Assembly (NCBI RefSeq): GCF_009914755.1
Contig: NC_060931.1
DNA: 64,000 bases
Source of the DNA: the human T2T-CHM13v2.0 reference genome, Homo sapiens
Strand: one strand, 5' to 3'
A model generated the notes under the pieces. It ran no database searches. It was not told the origin of the DNA and worked only from the letters and a program-made list of their open reading frames with translations. This document shows, one piece after another, positions 17,776 through 35,925 of the stretch. A program made the translations under genes and the position numbers. Every line of letters starts with the position of its first letter. The stretch's first letter is position 1.

Positions 17776-18208
17776 TCAGCAAGACAGAGTGAAGATACAG
17801 ATACCACTAAGATTGAACAAGAAGACATATCTACAAATACAGCATAGATTATGAAATAACAAATGTATTATTAACAAATCTATGGTGCTAAATTGTACAG
17901 CTTAGATAAAAAGAACAGCGTTGTGAAAAATATATATAACTTACCAAAATTGACTCAAGGAGGAATACAAACCTGAAGAGACCTATAATCATTAAATATT
18001 TTGAATTAATAAGTAAAATACTACCTAATTGAAAAGAGGCACAGATGCAATTTTTACAATAGTTTTATAAAGGGGTATAATTGACAAACAAAAAACTGCA
18101 GATATTTAAAGGTTACAACTTGGAAAGTTTTGACACATGTCTAAAACCATGAAACTATTGTTACAATGAAGATAAAGAACATATTTATTACCTCTAAAGT
18201 CTCTCTCG

Positions 18209-18508
18209 TTTTTTTTTTTTTTTTTGAGATAGAGTCTTGCTCTGTCGCCCAGGCTAGATGGAGTGGTGCCACCTTAGCTCACTGCAACCTCCGCCTCCTG
18301 GGTTCAAGCAATTCTCCTGCCTCAGCCTCCTGAGTAGCTGGAATTACAGGTGCGCACCACCACACCCAGCTAATTTTTTTGTATTTTTAGTGGAGACAGG
18401 GTTTTGCCATGTTGCCCAGGCTGGTCTCGAACTCCTGGGCTCAGGCAATCCACCCGCCTCGGCCTCCCAAAGTGCTAGGATTACAGGCGTGAGCCACTGC
18501 GCCTGGCC
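18209..18508 (-). mobile_element. Alu
   Basis: Reverse Alu with poly-T. Confidence 0.93.
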
Positions 18509-19163
18509 TCTCCTGTCTCTACCACCCAGTTTCATCCCTAGGCAATCACTGATCTGCTTCATATAATAATAGAGTCTGCATTTTCTAGGCTTTTAAGTGG
18601 AATCAAGTAGTATGTACTCTTTGGGGAGAGGGGAGTGGGGTAATTCTGGCTTCTTCCACTTAGCATCATTATTTTGAGATTTATTTATGTTGTTGATTGA
18701 TCAAAGGTCTTTTTCATTGCATAGTAGTACCATCGTATGGTTAGACCACATTTGATTTATTCGTTCACCTGTTGACAGCCACTTGGGTTATTTCCAGTTT
18801 GAGGCTATCATAAATAATGCTTCTGTGAACATTTATTAGAGATATGTTTTTGTTCCTCGTTGTTAAATATCTGGAAGTGTGATGGTTGGATTATATAAGT
18901 GTACGGTTTAATTTTTAAGAAACCGCCAAACTGTTTTCCAAAGAGGTTTTGCCATTTTACATTCCCACCAGGTTTGAATTCCTCCACATCCTCATCAACA
19001 TTTGGTATGGTCAGTCTTTATTTTTAGCCATTCTGATTAGCATAAAATAGTATTTCATTGTGGTTTTAATGTACTTAAGTGACTAATGCTGAGAATCTTT
19101 TCATGTACTTTTTGTCATTTGTATGTCTCTTGTGGTAAAGTGTCTATTTAAATATTTTGACCA

Positions 19164-19303
19164 TTTTATTTTATTTTTTATTTTTTTAGAGATGGGGTCT
19201 CCCTGTGTTGCCCAGGCTGGTCTCAAACTCCTGGGTTCAAGTGATCCTCCTCCATCAGTCTCCCAGTGTGTTGGGATTACAGGCGTGAGTCACCACATCC
19301 AGT
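19164..19303 (-). mobile_element. FLAM / Alu left monomer
   Basis: Single reverse monomer. Confidence 0.8.
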
Positions 19304-20174
19304 CTCTTTTTACCATTTTTAATTAATTGGGTTGTTTATTTTCTAATTATTGAGTTTTGAGAGTTATTTATATATTCTAGATATAAGTCCTTTATCAGAT
19401 AGATGATTTGCAAATATTTCCTCCCAGTCTGTGGCTTATTTTTTTTATTCTCTTCACAATGCCTTTCGAAAAGCAAAATCTTTGTATTTTCATGAAGCCC
19501 AATTTATCAATTTGCTGTTTTATGGCTTGTAGTTTTGGTGTCATATCTAAGAAATCTTTGTCCAACCCAAGATTAGAAGAGCTTTCTCTTATGTTTTCTT
19601 CTAGAAGCTTTATAATTCTGGCTTAACATTTTATACCAATGGCCCATTTTGAGTTAATTTTTGCATATGGTACAAGGTTTGTATTGAAGCTCTTTTTTTT
19701 TTTTTTTTTTTTGCATATGAATATCTAATTGTTGCAGTATCATTTGTTGGTAAGACTCTTCTCCACTGAATTGCTCTTGCACCTTTGTTGAAAATCAGTT
19801 GTCTACGGATGTGTGGGTGTATTTTTGGACTTTCTTCTGTTCCATTGATCTGTTTGTCTAACTTGACACAACTACCACATTATTTTTATAGCTATAGTTT
19901 TTATAAGTCTTAAAAACTGATAGAGGTAGTCCTCCAGCTTTGTATTTCTTTTTCAAAGTTGTTTTGACTCTTCTGCGCCCTTTACATTTCCATGTGAATT
20001 TTAGAATCAGTTTGTCAGATTCTACAACAAAGCATCTGGGATTTTTATTGGAATTGTATTGAATCTGCATTTGGAGAGAATTGATAGCTTAACAATATTG
20101 AATCTTTTGGCCATGAATGGCATATCTGTACCATCTTGTGGACATCTTTTATTTCTCTCAGAAGTGTTTGGTAG

Positions 20175-20342
20175 TTTTTTTTTTTTTTCCTGCCTCAGCC
20201 TCCCGAGTAGCTGGGATTACAGACGCACGCCACAAGACCTGGCTAATTTTTGTATTTTTAATAGAGATGAGGTTCGCCATGTTGGCCAGGCTGGTCTCAC
20301 ACTCCCAACCTCAGGTGATCCCCCCACCCCGGCTTCCTGGCC
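20175..20342 (-). mobile_element. Doubly deleted AluS with TSD
   Basis: Poly-T joined directly to cctgcctcagcc; TSD agtgttt(gg/aa)tagtttt. Confidence 0.85.
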
Positions 20343-20421
20343 AGTGTTTAATAGTTTTCAATAGGTCTTGCATATCTTTTGTCCAATGTATCGATGTTTC
20401 ATGTTCCATGTTTCATGTTTT

Positions 20422-21026
20422 TGTTATTACCCTGGAAAGGGGTCCTAATCTAGACCCCAAGAGAGGATTCTTGGTTCTCATGCAAGAAAGAATTTGTGGT
20501 GAGTCCACAGAGTAAAATGAATGCAAGTTTAAGAAAGTAAAGGAATAAAAGAATGGCTGCTTCATAAGCAGAGCAGCCCTGAGTGCTGCTGGTTGGCTAT
20601 TTTTGTGGTTATTTCTTGATCATATATGTTCAACAAGGGGTGGATTATACATTCATGAGTTTTGCAGGAAAAGGGGAGGCATTTCCCACAACTAAGGGGT
20701 CCCCTTCCTTTTAGGGTAACTTCTGATGTTGCCATGGTATTTGTAAACTGTCACGGCACTGGTGGGAGTGTCTTTTAGCATACTAATGCATTATCATTAG
20801 CATATAACCAGCAGTGAGGACAACCAGAGGCACCTCTTGGTTTTGGTCAGCTTCTTTACCGCATCCTGTTTTATCAGTGGTGTCTTAGTTACCTGTGTCT
20901 TGTGCCAACCTCCTATCTCATCCTGTGACTAAGAATGCCTAGCTTCCTGGGAATGCAGCCCAGCAGGTCTCATTTTACCCAGCCTCTATTTAAGATGGAG
21001 TCGCCTTGGTTCTAATGCTTCTGACA
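20422..21026 (-). mobile_element. MER41B-like solo LTR (ERV1)
   Basis: Reverse complement begins TGTCAGAAGCATTAGAACCAAGGCGACTCCATCTT...CTGCTGGGCTGCATTCCCAGG and ends ...CTCTCTTGGGGTCTAGATTAGGACCCCTTTCC, matching my recollection of the MER41 consensus. Confidence 0.88.
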
Positions 21027-21075
21027 ATATGGTTGCTTTTTGCTAATATACAGAAATATCAATTGACTTTTATAA

Positions 21076-21410
<335 letters not shown>

Positions 21411-21762
21411 CTAAATTTGCTAAATTCTTGTTTTAGTTCTAGTAGCTTTTTTGTAGATTCCATCAGATTTTCAACTGAGGCAGTTTTTTGTCAACTATGA
21501 GTAAAGACAGTTTTACGACTCGCTTTCTAGTCTAGATACTTTATAAGTTCTTATTTTATTGTACTTTTCAGATGATCCCATACAATGTTGAATAGAAGTG
21601 GTGAGAGTAGACACCAATAAGTATGATATTAGCTGTTGTTTTTTTTTTAGATCCCCTTTATCATGTTGAGAAAGTTTCCTTGTATTCCTAGTTTTCTGAC
21701 AGTTTTCATCAGGAATTTCTGGTGGATTTTGTCTAATGCATTTTCTGTATCTATTGAAATGA

Positions 21763-22105
<343 letters not shown>

Positions 22106-22431
22106 CATTGATTCATTTTTAAATGTTAAACTCACCTTCTATTCTTAGGGTAAATTTCACTTGATTGTGATGTATTCTTTTTATATATTGCTGGGCTTGG
22201 TTTGCTGAAATTTTTAAAATATTTTTTCATCTATGTTCATGAGAGTTATTAGTATGCAATTTTCTTTAGGTCTTTGCAAGGCTTTGGTATTAGGATAATG
22301 CTGACATCATAAAATGGGGTAGGAAATGTTTCTTCTTTTCAGTGTTCTAGAAGAGTTTTTATAGATTTCCTTCTGATCTTTATTTTCTTTCTTCTGGTTG
22401 CTTTGTATTTTATTAGTTCTTCTGTTTCTAG

Positions 22432-22810
<379 letters not shown>

Positions 22811-25224
22811 TAGTGTTATACATTTCCTTTAGTGCTGCTTTAGCAACATTCCACAAATTTTGATGTACTTTCATTTTCATTCAGTTAGAAACACTTCCTA
22901 ATTTCCCTTTTGATTTGTTCTTTGACCCATCAGTTACTTAGGTATGTATTACTTTACTTCCTGATATTTGGGAGTTTTGCAGATATTTTCCTTTGTTGAT
23001 TCCTAATTTAATTCCATTATGGTTAGAGAACATACTTTGTATGACTCTAATTCTTTTATATTTATTGAGGATTGATTTATGGCCTCAAATATGGCTTATC
23101 TTGGTAAATTTTTTATATGCACTGAAAAAATATTTTTCTATTATTGGTGCATTTTTCTTGTGTTTTTTGTTCTTATGGTTCATTTAGCATCTTAGATCTA
23201 TGAGTTTATTGTCAATATCAAATTTGGAAAAATTTGGCCACTATTTCTTTAAATATCCCTGTTTTTCCTCTCTTTACTTCTGGGAACTCTAGTTACATGT
23301 ATATTAAACTGCTTAAAGTGTTCCCAGAATTCACTCATGGTCTTTTTATTCTTTTTCCACTCTGGTTTACTTTGGGTAGTTTTTATTATGTGTCTTCTAG
23401 TTCACTCATCTCTTATGTTTTGTCTGATCTGCCATCAGTCTTATCCAATGCATTTTTCATATTAGACATTATTCTTTTTATCTGTAGAAGTTGGATTTAG
23501 GCCTTATTTTCTTTCTCCCATGTTTCTACTTAGCTTTTTGAATATGGAATAACTTTGTTAATTCCCTTGTCTGCTAATTCTAACATATATGTCAATTTTG
23601 TTAGCTTCAGTTGATTGATTTTTTTCTTCTTCATGGGTCATATTTTCTTTGCATGTTTGATAAATTTTTGTGGATTATAAACATTGTGAATTTTACCTGT
23701 TTAGGTACTGGATTTTTTTTTTATTTGTTCTGTGTCACAGTTAATTTATTAATACAGTTGAATCCTTTCCTTAAGATTTGTTTCAAAAACATAGAGAGAA
23801 GAGGGGGAGAAAAAAAAATATTTGTTAGGTGGGGCCAGAGCAGTTTTCCATCTAGGGTAGTTACTCCCCAGGATCCTTGGAATACTCTACCTCGTGCCTT
23901 GTTAATTACGGGGTTTTCCAGTTTGGCTGGTGGGAACAGGCATTGTTCTTGTTCTGTTTGAGTGCCAGTTAGTGTTCCCTCTAGTTTTCTAAGTAGTTCC
24001 TACATGCACTCACTGGTCAGTACCCCACTGAGTACTTAAGAGGAGCCCACTGCAGAGCTCCAGGTGCTCCCAGCATGCAGCGCGTTTTCCAGTACTCCAT
24101 CCTGCACACTGTCTCTGCCTTGGCCTTCCCAGACTCTCAGCTCAATCTCTTCAACGAAGATAGCCCTGGGCTCTACTTGGGTTCCTCCTTCATTAAACTG
24201 CACCTTGGAAATATTCTCAAGGCAGTAAGCAGAAGCATTCACAGAACTTACTTCACTTGTTTTCTGTCTCTCAGGGATTGCTGTTCTTCATTGCCTAATG
24301 TGCAGTGTCTTTGAAACCATCATTTCATGTATTTTCTCTGCTTTTTTTGTTTGTTTGTTTCAGGCAGGTAGGTAAATCTTATACTTGTTATTACATATTG
24401 GCTAGAAATGGAAGTCCATTATTTTAAATACTTCTTATGTGCTTGAAATGTTTCAGGATAAACATATAGACTAAATGGATATATTTGCCAAAGATGAGGT
24501 ACTGACAGAAATTTTCTAGACTTTAAAATTAAGTTTCACCTTCTTCTCTTCCATCATTTTGAGACTAAAGTTTTATATTTTAAGTGTTTTTTGGTATTTG
24601 CTTGTGCTTTGCTTTTTATCTATAAAAAAGAGGTTTAATATGTTCTATGGTTGTGTGACTCAAACAATATAGTACTTTTTGTACCACAGGCCCTGAGGTC
24701 TGAACTCAGCATCACTATCTTTTTTCATATTAGCTTCCAAATAGCATCAGGTGGTCATTTTTAAAATTTAAAACCAGTCTACCTATCTTGTTTGATTTGA
24801 TCTTGTGACCTTAGGGAAGAAACCCACCCAGGAATAGAATAAAGAAACTTTTTACATCCTGAGGCTTTAAAAAACAAAATCAAAATCCAGCTATTTAAAA
24901 AATATTAATATCTTTAAACCTTTCTACAATGGAGTCATTTTTTTAAAAGAAAGCACTGTCCTTTGCCTGGTTAATGAATAATGTGAGTACTATTTTATTA
25001 TAAATAATTGATTTCCAGGACTTCCTGGGGTAGGAAGAATGTGTCCTAGCTGAATAAATTAAGGGAAGTGATAAGGACTGAATTCTGTTAGTGGAAGTAA
25101 TAAACGAAAGAAAGTTATGTGGTTGGGGTTGACTGTGAGCAGAGAGTGATTCCGTAGTTAAGATGAAGGGATTTGTTAGTCTTCTCAGAGAGGAAGGACA
25201 AGCGTGAGGAATAGGAAAATTTCA

Positions 25225-25562
<338 letters not shown>

Positions 25563-26620
25563 GCTTGGAATAGTTGTTTGGGGGCCATCCTGAGACAATG
25601 TGATTCTCACATATGGGAGTATGAAGATAAGGAATCTCTTGGAGAATTCTAGCTTGTGACTTTCACTCCTGCTTTCTCTTTCTCCTCTATGTTCAGTATG
25701 CAATTGTTGATTAATTGAAAAGGAGTGGAAATGAAAAAACTAAAAAATTTTTTTTTCAAACTAGAAAAATGTCTTAAGAAATTGAAAATGAAATCATTAG
25801 TTTCTAGAGCTTTATTTTTGGCAAACTAGAATAATCCAAGTTTTATTTTACTAATTTTATAGAATTATAGCCCTAGGAAGGTAAGCAAATTTCTGTTTTC
25901 TGCTACAATATTTTTGTAATGGTGAAATCTAGTTAAAATATTTTGGAGTATAAAAAATTAGAAAACATGGTACAGAAGAGGCCAGTGCTGCTCAGGGGTT
26001 AATAAGGCTGGGACAGCCAGCTCTAGCTGTAAGCATATGTAGGTTTTAATATACTAAAGGCCGTGAGCTACAGCTTTTGCTTTCTCTCCCATCTATGGCC
26101 TCCCTCGTGTATTTATATATGTAGCCTCCCTGATGTGTGGATGTATGGATGTATTTACAGCTAGCATCAGCTATGGTTAGGGCTGCATTCTTTTCTTTCT
26201 CTCCCATCTGAGGCCTCCTGGAGTCATTCTTGCAAGAGTTCACACAAGTTTGTTGAACTGAATTAAACTTCAAGTTTTTGTTAGAAGAATTGGGCAGGGA
26301 TCAGAGCATAGAGATTCCTGATGGAGAATCCATCAGGCAAGGAAATGAACAGCTCTTTGTGTCCTGAGATGACCAGCTTCTCCTACCCAGACCAGGAAGG
26401 ATTGTTTTGCCAGTCTTCCCATGGTGTCAGGGAACCAGGATTGAGGAGTCTAAATTTCAGTTTTGGCAAGTTGGAAAAGAAAAAAAGGTACAAAAAAAGG
26501 AACTTAGGTTGAACTTACTGCCAATCTTTCCCCAGAGGGAAATGTTCTTCCTGACCTTGTAGAATCCATGTGATTAAAGTTCTTCATGTCCTTTTTAGAG
26601 TTCTGAGCAGTAATCCTCTA

Positions 26621-26629
26621 TTTTCTTTC

Positions 26630-26660
<31 letters not shown>

Positions 26661-26953
26661 AGATAGGGTCTGGCTCTGTCACCCAGGTTGCAGTGCAGTG
26701 GCACGATCTCAACCTCCACCTTGCTAACTGCAACCTTCACCTCCCAGGCTCAAGCAATCCTCCCACCTTGGTCTCTTGAGTAGCTGGGACTATAGGTGTG
26801 TGCCACCCCACCCAGCTAATTTTTGTATTTTGTGTAGAGGCAGGGGTCTCTCTTTGTTGCCCAAGCTGGTCTCAAATTCCTGAACTCAAGTAATCTGCCC
26901 ACCTTGGCCTCCCTAAGTGCTGGGATTAGGGGCATGAACCACCATGCCTGGCC
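26621..26953 (-). mobile_element. AluJb-like with (TC)n/T tail
   Basis: TSD aatcctctattt. Confidence 0.92.
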
Positions 26954-27127
26954 TAAATCCTCTATTTAAACCAGGGCCACCTTCCTACCCCCAACCTCCA
27001 CCAAAAAGAAATTTTAGTTATATCAAACCAACTAGTTTTAGGTCACAGTGTCTTTCTTTGGAGGGTGAAAATGAAAGAATTGAGGCTACACAATATAAAA
27101 TGAAATGGTAATGTGAGCATTAATTAG

Positions 27128-28254
<1,127 letters not shown>

Positions 28255-29294
28255 TTCCCAAACTGTTTATGTGTGAGAAAAGAGAAACACAAGAGTTATC
28301 ACCATTACTTCTACAGCAGATTTTTCCTTGTGTTTAATCAGTACTGGCTGTTTAGCCTAATTAAGCAGTATAACATCCAGACTCCAGAATTGAAGTGGGT
28401 GGTATAGCTGAAAACTCCAAGCACTGTACCGGGAGTAAGTCTCAGTTTAATGTGCTTTTTAAAAGTAGTTGTTGTTCAGTGTTTTTGTAGGCTATTGCTA
28501 ACCAGTGGGAGAGGAAAGTTAAGGCAGCTCTCTGGGAAAGAAAAACCAAGGAATTTTAGAGATTAAAAATGACCTTTAAAGATAATCTGGTCATCGAATT
28601 TTAGACTATTGGATTTGAAAGTCAGATGCTGAGAGGTCATCTAATCCAACCCTTAAGCTTTTTAGTGATTATAATTAGTACTTGTGATACACAGGCTAAG
28701 TTCTTTATGTAGAGCTCCTTCTCCCCACGTCATTTTGATGTTTACTGTTTCTTTTGAATGTTTTTTATAATGGAAAATGTCGATCATGTACTCCATTACT
28801 CACCTTCAACAATTGTGAATTCATGGCCACTTGTTTCACATATAGCCCTGTCCACACCATCCACTCCCTGGATTATTGGATGCAAATTGAAGAATTTTAT
28901 AGCTTCACCTGTAAACATATCACTATATCTCTAAAGATAAAGACCTTAAATAACTTCAATTCCATTATCATGCTAAAAAATTAGCAATAATTTTTAATAG
29001 CATAAAAACCCAATGTTCACATTTCCCTCATTGTGTTATTCATAAATGTATATTTTTTCAGTATGTTTGAATCAGGATACAAATGAGTATCATATAGTGC
29101 AGTTTATTGATTTGTCTCTTAACATTAGTCCTCTCTTCTCCCCTGCTTTTTGTTTTGCAGTTTTTTGTTGTAGAAATCAAGTCATTTGTGTTGGCAGAAT
29201 TTCCCTGAGTCTGAATTTTGCTGATTACATCTCTGTGGTGTCTTTTAACGTGTTCCTTTGTCTTCTGCAACTCCTGTAAATTTGTATTTGTATT

Positions 29295-29601
<307 letters not shown>

Positions 29602-29707
29602 AGTACTTCTATTTAGAAGAGTGCTCAGACTTCTTCATGAGTGGTGTTAAGTACTTCCATCAGAAGGTACATAAATGTCTGCATGTCTTTTTTGTTTTAA
29701 AATTTTA

Positions 29708-30334
<627 letters not shown>

Positions 30335-30717
30335 TGTCTCTTTTTGTGTGATGTTAGTAACTATTGATGATTTTTACTTAGATCCATTAAATCATTAAGA
30401 GCTATACAATGATGATATTCTAGTTCTATTATTCTTTCATTTATTAGCTGGAATACTTCTATAAAGAGAAACCTCCCCTTTTCTAATCTTCGATTTACCC
30501 AGTGGTATAATACATATTGGAAAGTCAGGATGAATATTTTGTTCTTTCCCCTTGTTTACCAATTTTCAGAATACTGTATTGGTTCACTAGCATTCTCCAA
30601 TTAGGCATTGGTTTTGGTGGGGGTTTTTTTGGTATCATAAACTCTTGGGTTTAAACATTTTTGAATATGTTTCAATTCATTGCATTTTTTTCCTTTTCTA
30701 GTGATTTTACTGATATA

Positions 30718-31015
<298 letters not shown>

Positions 31016-31164
31016 GTGGCATATATATTTCTTCTAATAAACTCAGCTTGATGATGAGGACGTGTCTTAGACATCTTTCTGTCCATGGTGCCTAGTGCGT
31101 GGCTTTCAATAAATGTCAAATGAATGAGTTGATATTCTGAGCAGCATTTAAAAATAAGAGCTAG

Positions 31165-31908
<744 letters not shown>

Positions 31909-32204
31909 TTAATTGCCATTTGTTAACAGACGTGGCATTGTTTCCACTATTGTTTCCAGTGGATCTTTTAATTATATTTATTAAAATATAAAAAAAGGAG
32001 TAATTCAGAGTCCTTGTCTTTACTTCACTTGCTGTAAGATAAGTAACATTTAAAAGCCACCTTTCCTCCCCTCAGGTTCTTTTCTCTTTTAATATAAATG
32101 GCAAAGAGCATACATGTTTATGACAGACATGTTCCCCATAAGTTTATTCATTTATTCTACAAACCCCCCCAAAATTTTGCAGGGAAGTAAAACAAAACTA
32201 AGTA

Positions 32205-32430
32205 CCCACAATATGTGAGGCACCGCTCTGAACATTTTTGCATGGATTATACATATCATTTATTCTTACCACAACTCTATAAAGTTGGTAGGATTATTAT
32301 CATCGTCTCCTTTTTATAGATTAAGTAATTGAAGCACAGACATTAAGTAACTTACTGAGGGCATACAACTAGTGAATATTAGTGCTAGGATTCAAATCAT
32401 GCATTCTTTTACCGGAGCCTCTGCTGTTAA
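32205..32430 (-). mobile_element. MIR
   Basis: 'tcatttattcttaccacaactctat...ttttatagattaagtaattgaagcacaga'. Confidence 0.7.
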
Positions 32431-32849
<419 letters not shown>

Positions 32850-33428
32850 CAAAGTCTGTCATTTTATGATGACAAATATGGCTAAGTTTTTTTTTAATGG
32901 AACTTTATTCCTCCAAAAAATGACTTTTAATTTTTCCCAGGCCATCATTTCATGGTTGGTATTAAGACAAACAATTATGAAGTGTTGAAGAATTAAGTTC
33001 CTATTATTACTGTATCATGTATTACTGTAAAAAAATTAGAATTCATAGAATTTGCAAATCTTGAACATTTTTAGTAGGACTACTGCTTGTAACAATTTGC
33101 TTACCATCACTTTCCCTTTGATTAGATAATTATAACTTGTTTTGTGTGGTTATAAACAGGTTCATAACATTCTCATACATGAGTCCTAAAGAGGCAGCCA
33201 TCCTAGTTTCTTCATCTGTCTTTGCTTCATTGTCATGAATTTATGCGTGGATAAAGATAAAATAAGTCACAAGCACTATAATAATCAGCAGTTGTCACAG
33301 CTGTGAGTATAGCATATGTAATAGAGCCCACTGGTTGTCCAAAATTGCTTGCTGACTAGGGCTATATATCATTCCTTTCTCTCCCACTCAGTAAAGTTAA
33401 ATGTGACACAAGAATGAAAATGATGTTA

Positions 33429-33740
<312 letters not shown>

Positions 33741-33925
33741 TTAATAGGGATTGAATTTACTTTAACTTATTCATTAGAAAGGAACTTAAATATTAGGAAC
33801 AAGTTATTTGGGACACAGTTTTATAGCTTCTAGACTGAGAAACGTTACTCTTAAAAGCATATTGCTTTGGGAATGATAGTAAGAGGAGTAAAGAATAAAA
33901 GCATATTGCTTACCCACTTTTAAAA

Positions 33926-34058
33926 TTATTTATTTATTTATTAGAGATGGGGTCTCACTGTGTTGCCCAGGCTGGTCTCAAACTACCAGGCCCAAGCACT
34001 ACTCCCACCTCTGCCTCCTGAGTAGCTGTGATTATAGGCGCTTGCCACTGTGCCTGGC
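33926..34058 (-). mobile_element. FLAM
   Basis: Single reverse monomer. Confidence 0.8.
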
Positions 34059-34368
34059 TTTCTCAAGTTGATCAGTGAAGACAGAGTTTTTGGGTTTTTT
34101 TTTTGGTATCTTTCAAAGTATGGCATTGAGAAACTCATTTGTAATGGTTGCGGAAAAGGAATTTTTAAAAAAGGAAGCTAAGAAATAATAAATGCTAAAC
34201 TTATTGTAATAAGTTATAGTTGTTGGTTTTCCAAGACTAAGAGGTTAAAAGTACTCTTAAAGCACATAAAAGTTATATACAAATATATGTATACCCCTTC
34301 AACTAATAACCAGAGTCTGGCCTTGAAAATGTTCTAGTAGAAGCCACAGATTGATTGTGACTAAAACT

Positions 34369-34595
34369 GGCTGGACGCGGGAGGCCAAGACCAGCGGATC
34401 ACTTGAGCCCAGGAGTTTGAGACCAGCCTGGGCAACATGGCAAAACCCCATCTCTACAAAAAATACAAAAAAATTAGCTGGGCATGGTGGCACATGCCTA
34501 TAGTCCCAGTTACTAGGGGGGTGGGAGGACTGCTTGAATCCAGCCTGAGCAACAGAGTGAACCCTTGCCTCAAACCCCTCCCCCTAAAAAAAAAA
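34369..34595 (+). mobile_element. Internally deleted AluJ
   Basis: 'cacttgagcccaggagtttgagaccagcctgggcaac' with gaps in both arms. Confidence 0.85.
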
Positions 34596-35384
34596 CCCCA
34601 AAAACTTATTTGAGGAAACCCAATACACACATAACATTTTTTCAAACAAAAATGATAAAAATTGCAACAATTAATTTAAGTTCTTATAGGTCAGGGATCT
34701 AACATGTTCAAATTGTTCAAATATTTATAGCAGTAATCTCTTAACTGTCTTTTGGAATATAGTATAATTCCAGGAGAGAGATGGCTTAGTATGAATTTGT
34801 ATATAGTATTGAGATTAAGACTTGGATGTGATTTGTTCCAAACTAATTTAGAGATTGTTAATTCACTTTTAGGAACTAATTTCACAGTCAACGTGATTTT
34901 TTACTTATTGGTTGTGAAAAGTGCTTTATCTGGTTTGTTTGGTAGTAATGGAGAAAGATTATTTAGATTAATGTTTGTATTATTTCACTTTGTATCTAAT
35001 CAGTTATTTTGTAGAAAAAGAAACATTCTTCTCTTCTTTATTGGGAGACTGAAAGGTGTATTCTAGCTGGCATTTAAATATATGTTTAGTTGGTAGAACA
35101 ATTACTTTGTGTACCTATGATGAATGTTATTTATTTGGACACATTTGCCTTTTCCTATTTTTTTCTTAATTGGTTTGACTGCATCTCTAAAAGCTCTCTT
35201 TAGATTGATGCCAAAAAATCCCACATGTCTGACGGAAGTGCCAGGAAAGTGTTAATGCTTCAATTTCCTTGATTCTTGTCCCTTAATTTTTAGGGGTCAT
35301 TGAAATCAGAAGGGTTAGACTCTCTAGAGGCTGTTGGTCTGTTTAAGAACTATTCCAGAGAAGGAAATTAACACTTACATGCCT

Positions 35385-35925
35385 GTTAGTATTAGGAATT
35401 TGATGTATTAACTCATTTAATTCTTAGAATTCTGTGAGGTAGATGGTATATCAATTTTTCTGATACAGCAATTGAAGCCAGTTATCAATTTACCATAAGT
35501 CACACACCTTAAGTGGCAAGAGTGTAATCTGAATCCATATCGGTCTCTAAATATCTCTCTTTCTACTACACCATGTTAATCTATATCCACCACAACACTG
35601 TAGCTGTTCATCTGAACAGGATATCTTTTATTAGCAAATATTTTAATAAGATGGGGCAGGTATTGAGATTAGTAGACGTGTTAAGGAGATTGCAATATGT
35701 GATGTATAGAAAAATCCTGGGACTATAACTTCATAAATTAGAATTTTAGATCCACTATTAACGTGTACCCTGGATAAGTCATATGTTGCCTTTGTTGTAG
35801 TTTTCCAGTCTGTAAAAATGAAGATGTTAATAATATCTATTCTGCCTTCCCAGTGGGGTGTGTTGAATGTGTGTTTGCTGGCTTTGAAAATGATAAAACT
35901 TTACCAATGTAAAGTATTAAGTAAT
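35385..35925. mobile_element. Two MIR relics in opposite orientation (about 35385-35570 and about 35700-35925)
   Basis: 'ttaactcatttaattctt..ctgtgaggtag' and 'ctgtaaaaatgaagat..taatatcta'. Confidence 0.55.

Noticed and set aside
20394-20420. (ATGTTTC)x4 tandem at the MER41 boundary
   Set aside because: A short slippage repeat of local L1 sequence with no sign of function.
24680-24756. Possible exon after 'ttttgtaccacag'
   Set aside because: Weak donor and no recognisable coding content, so it cannot be supported.
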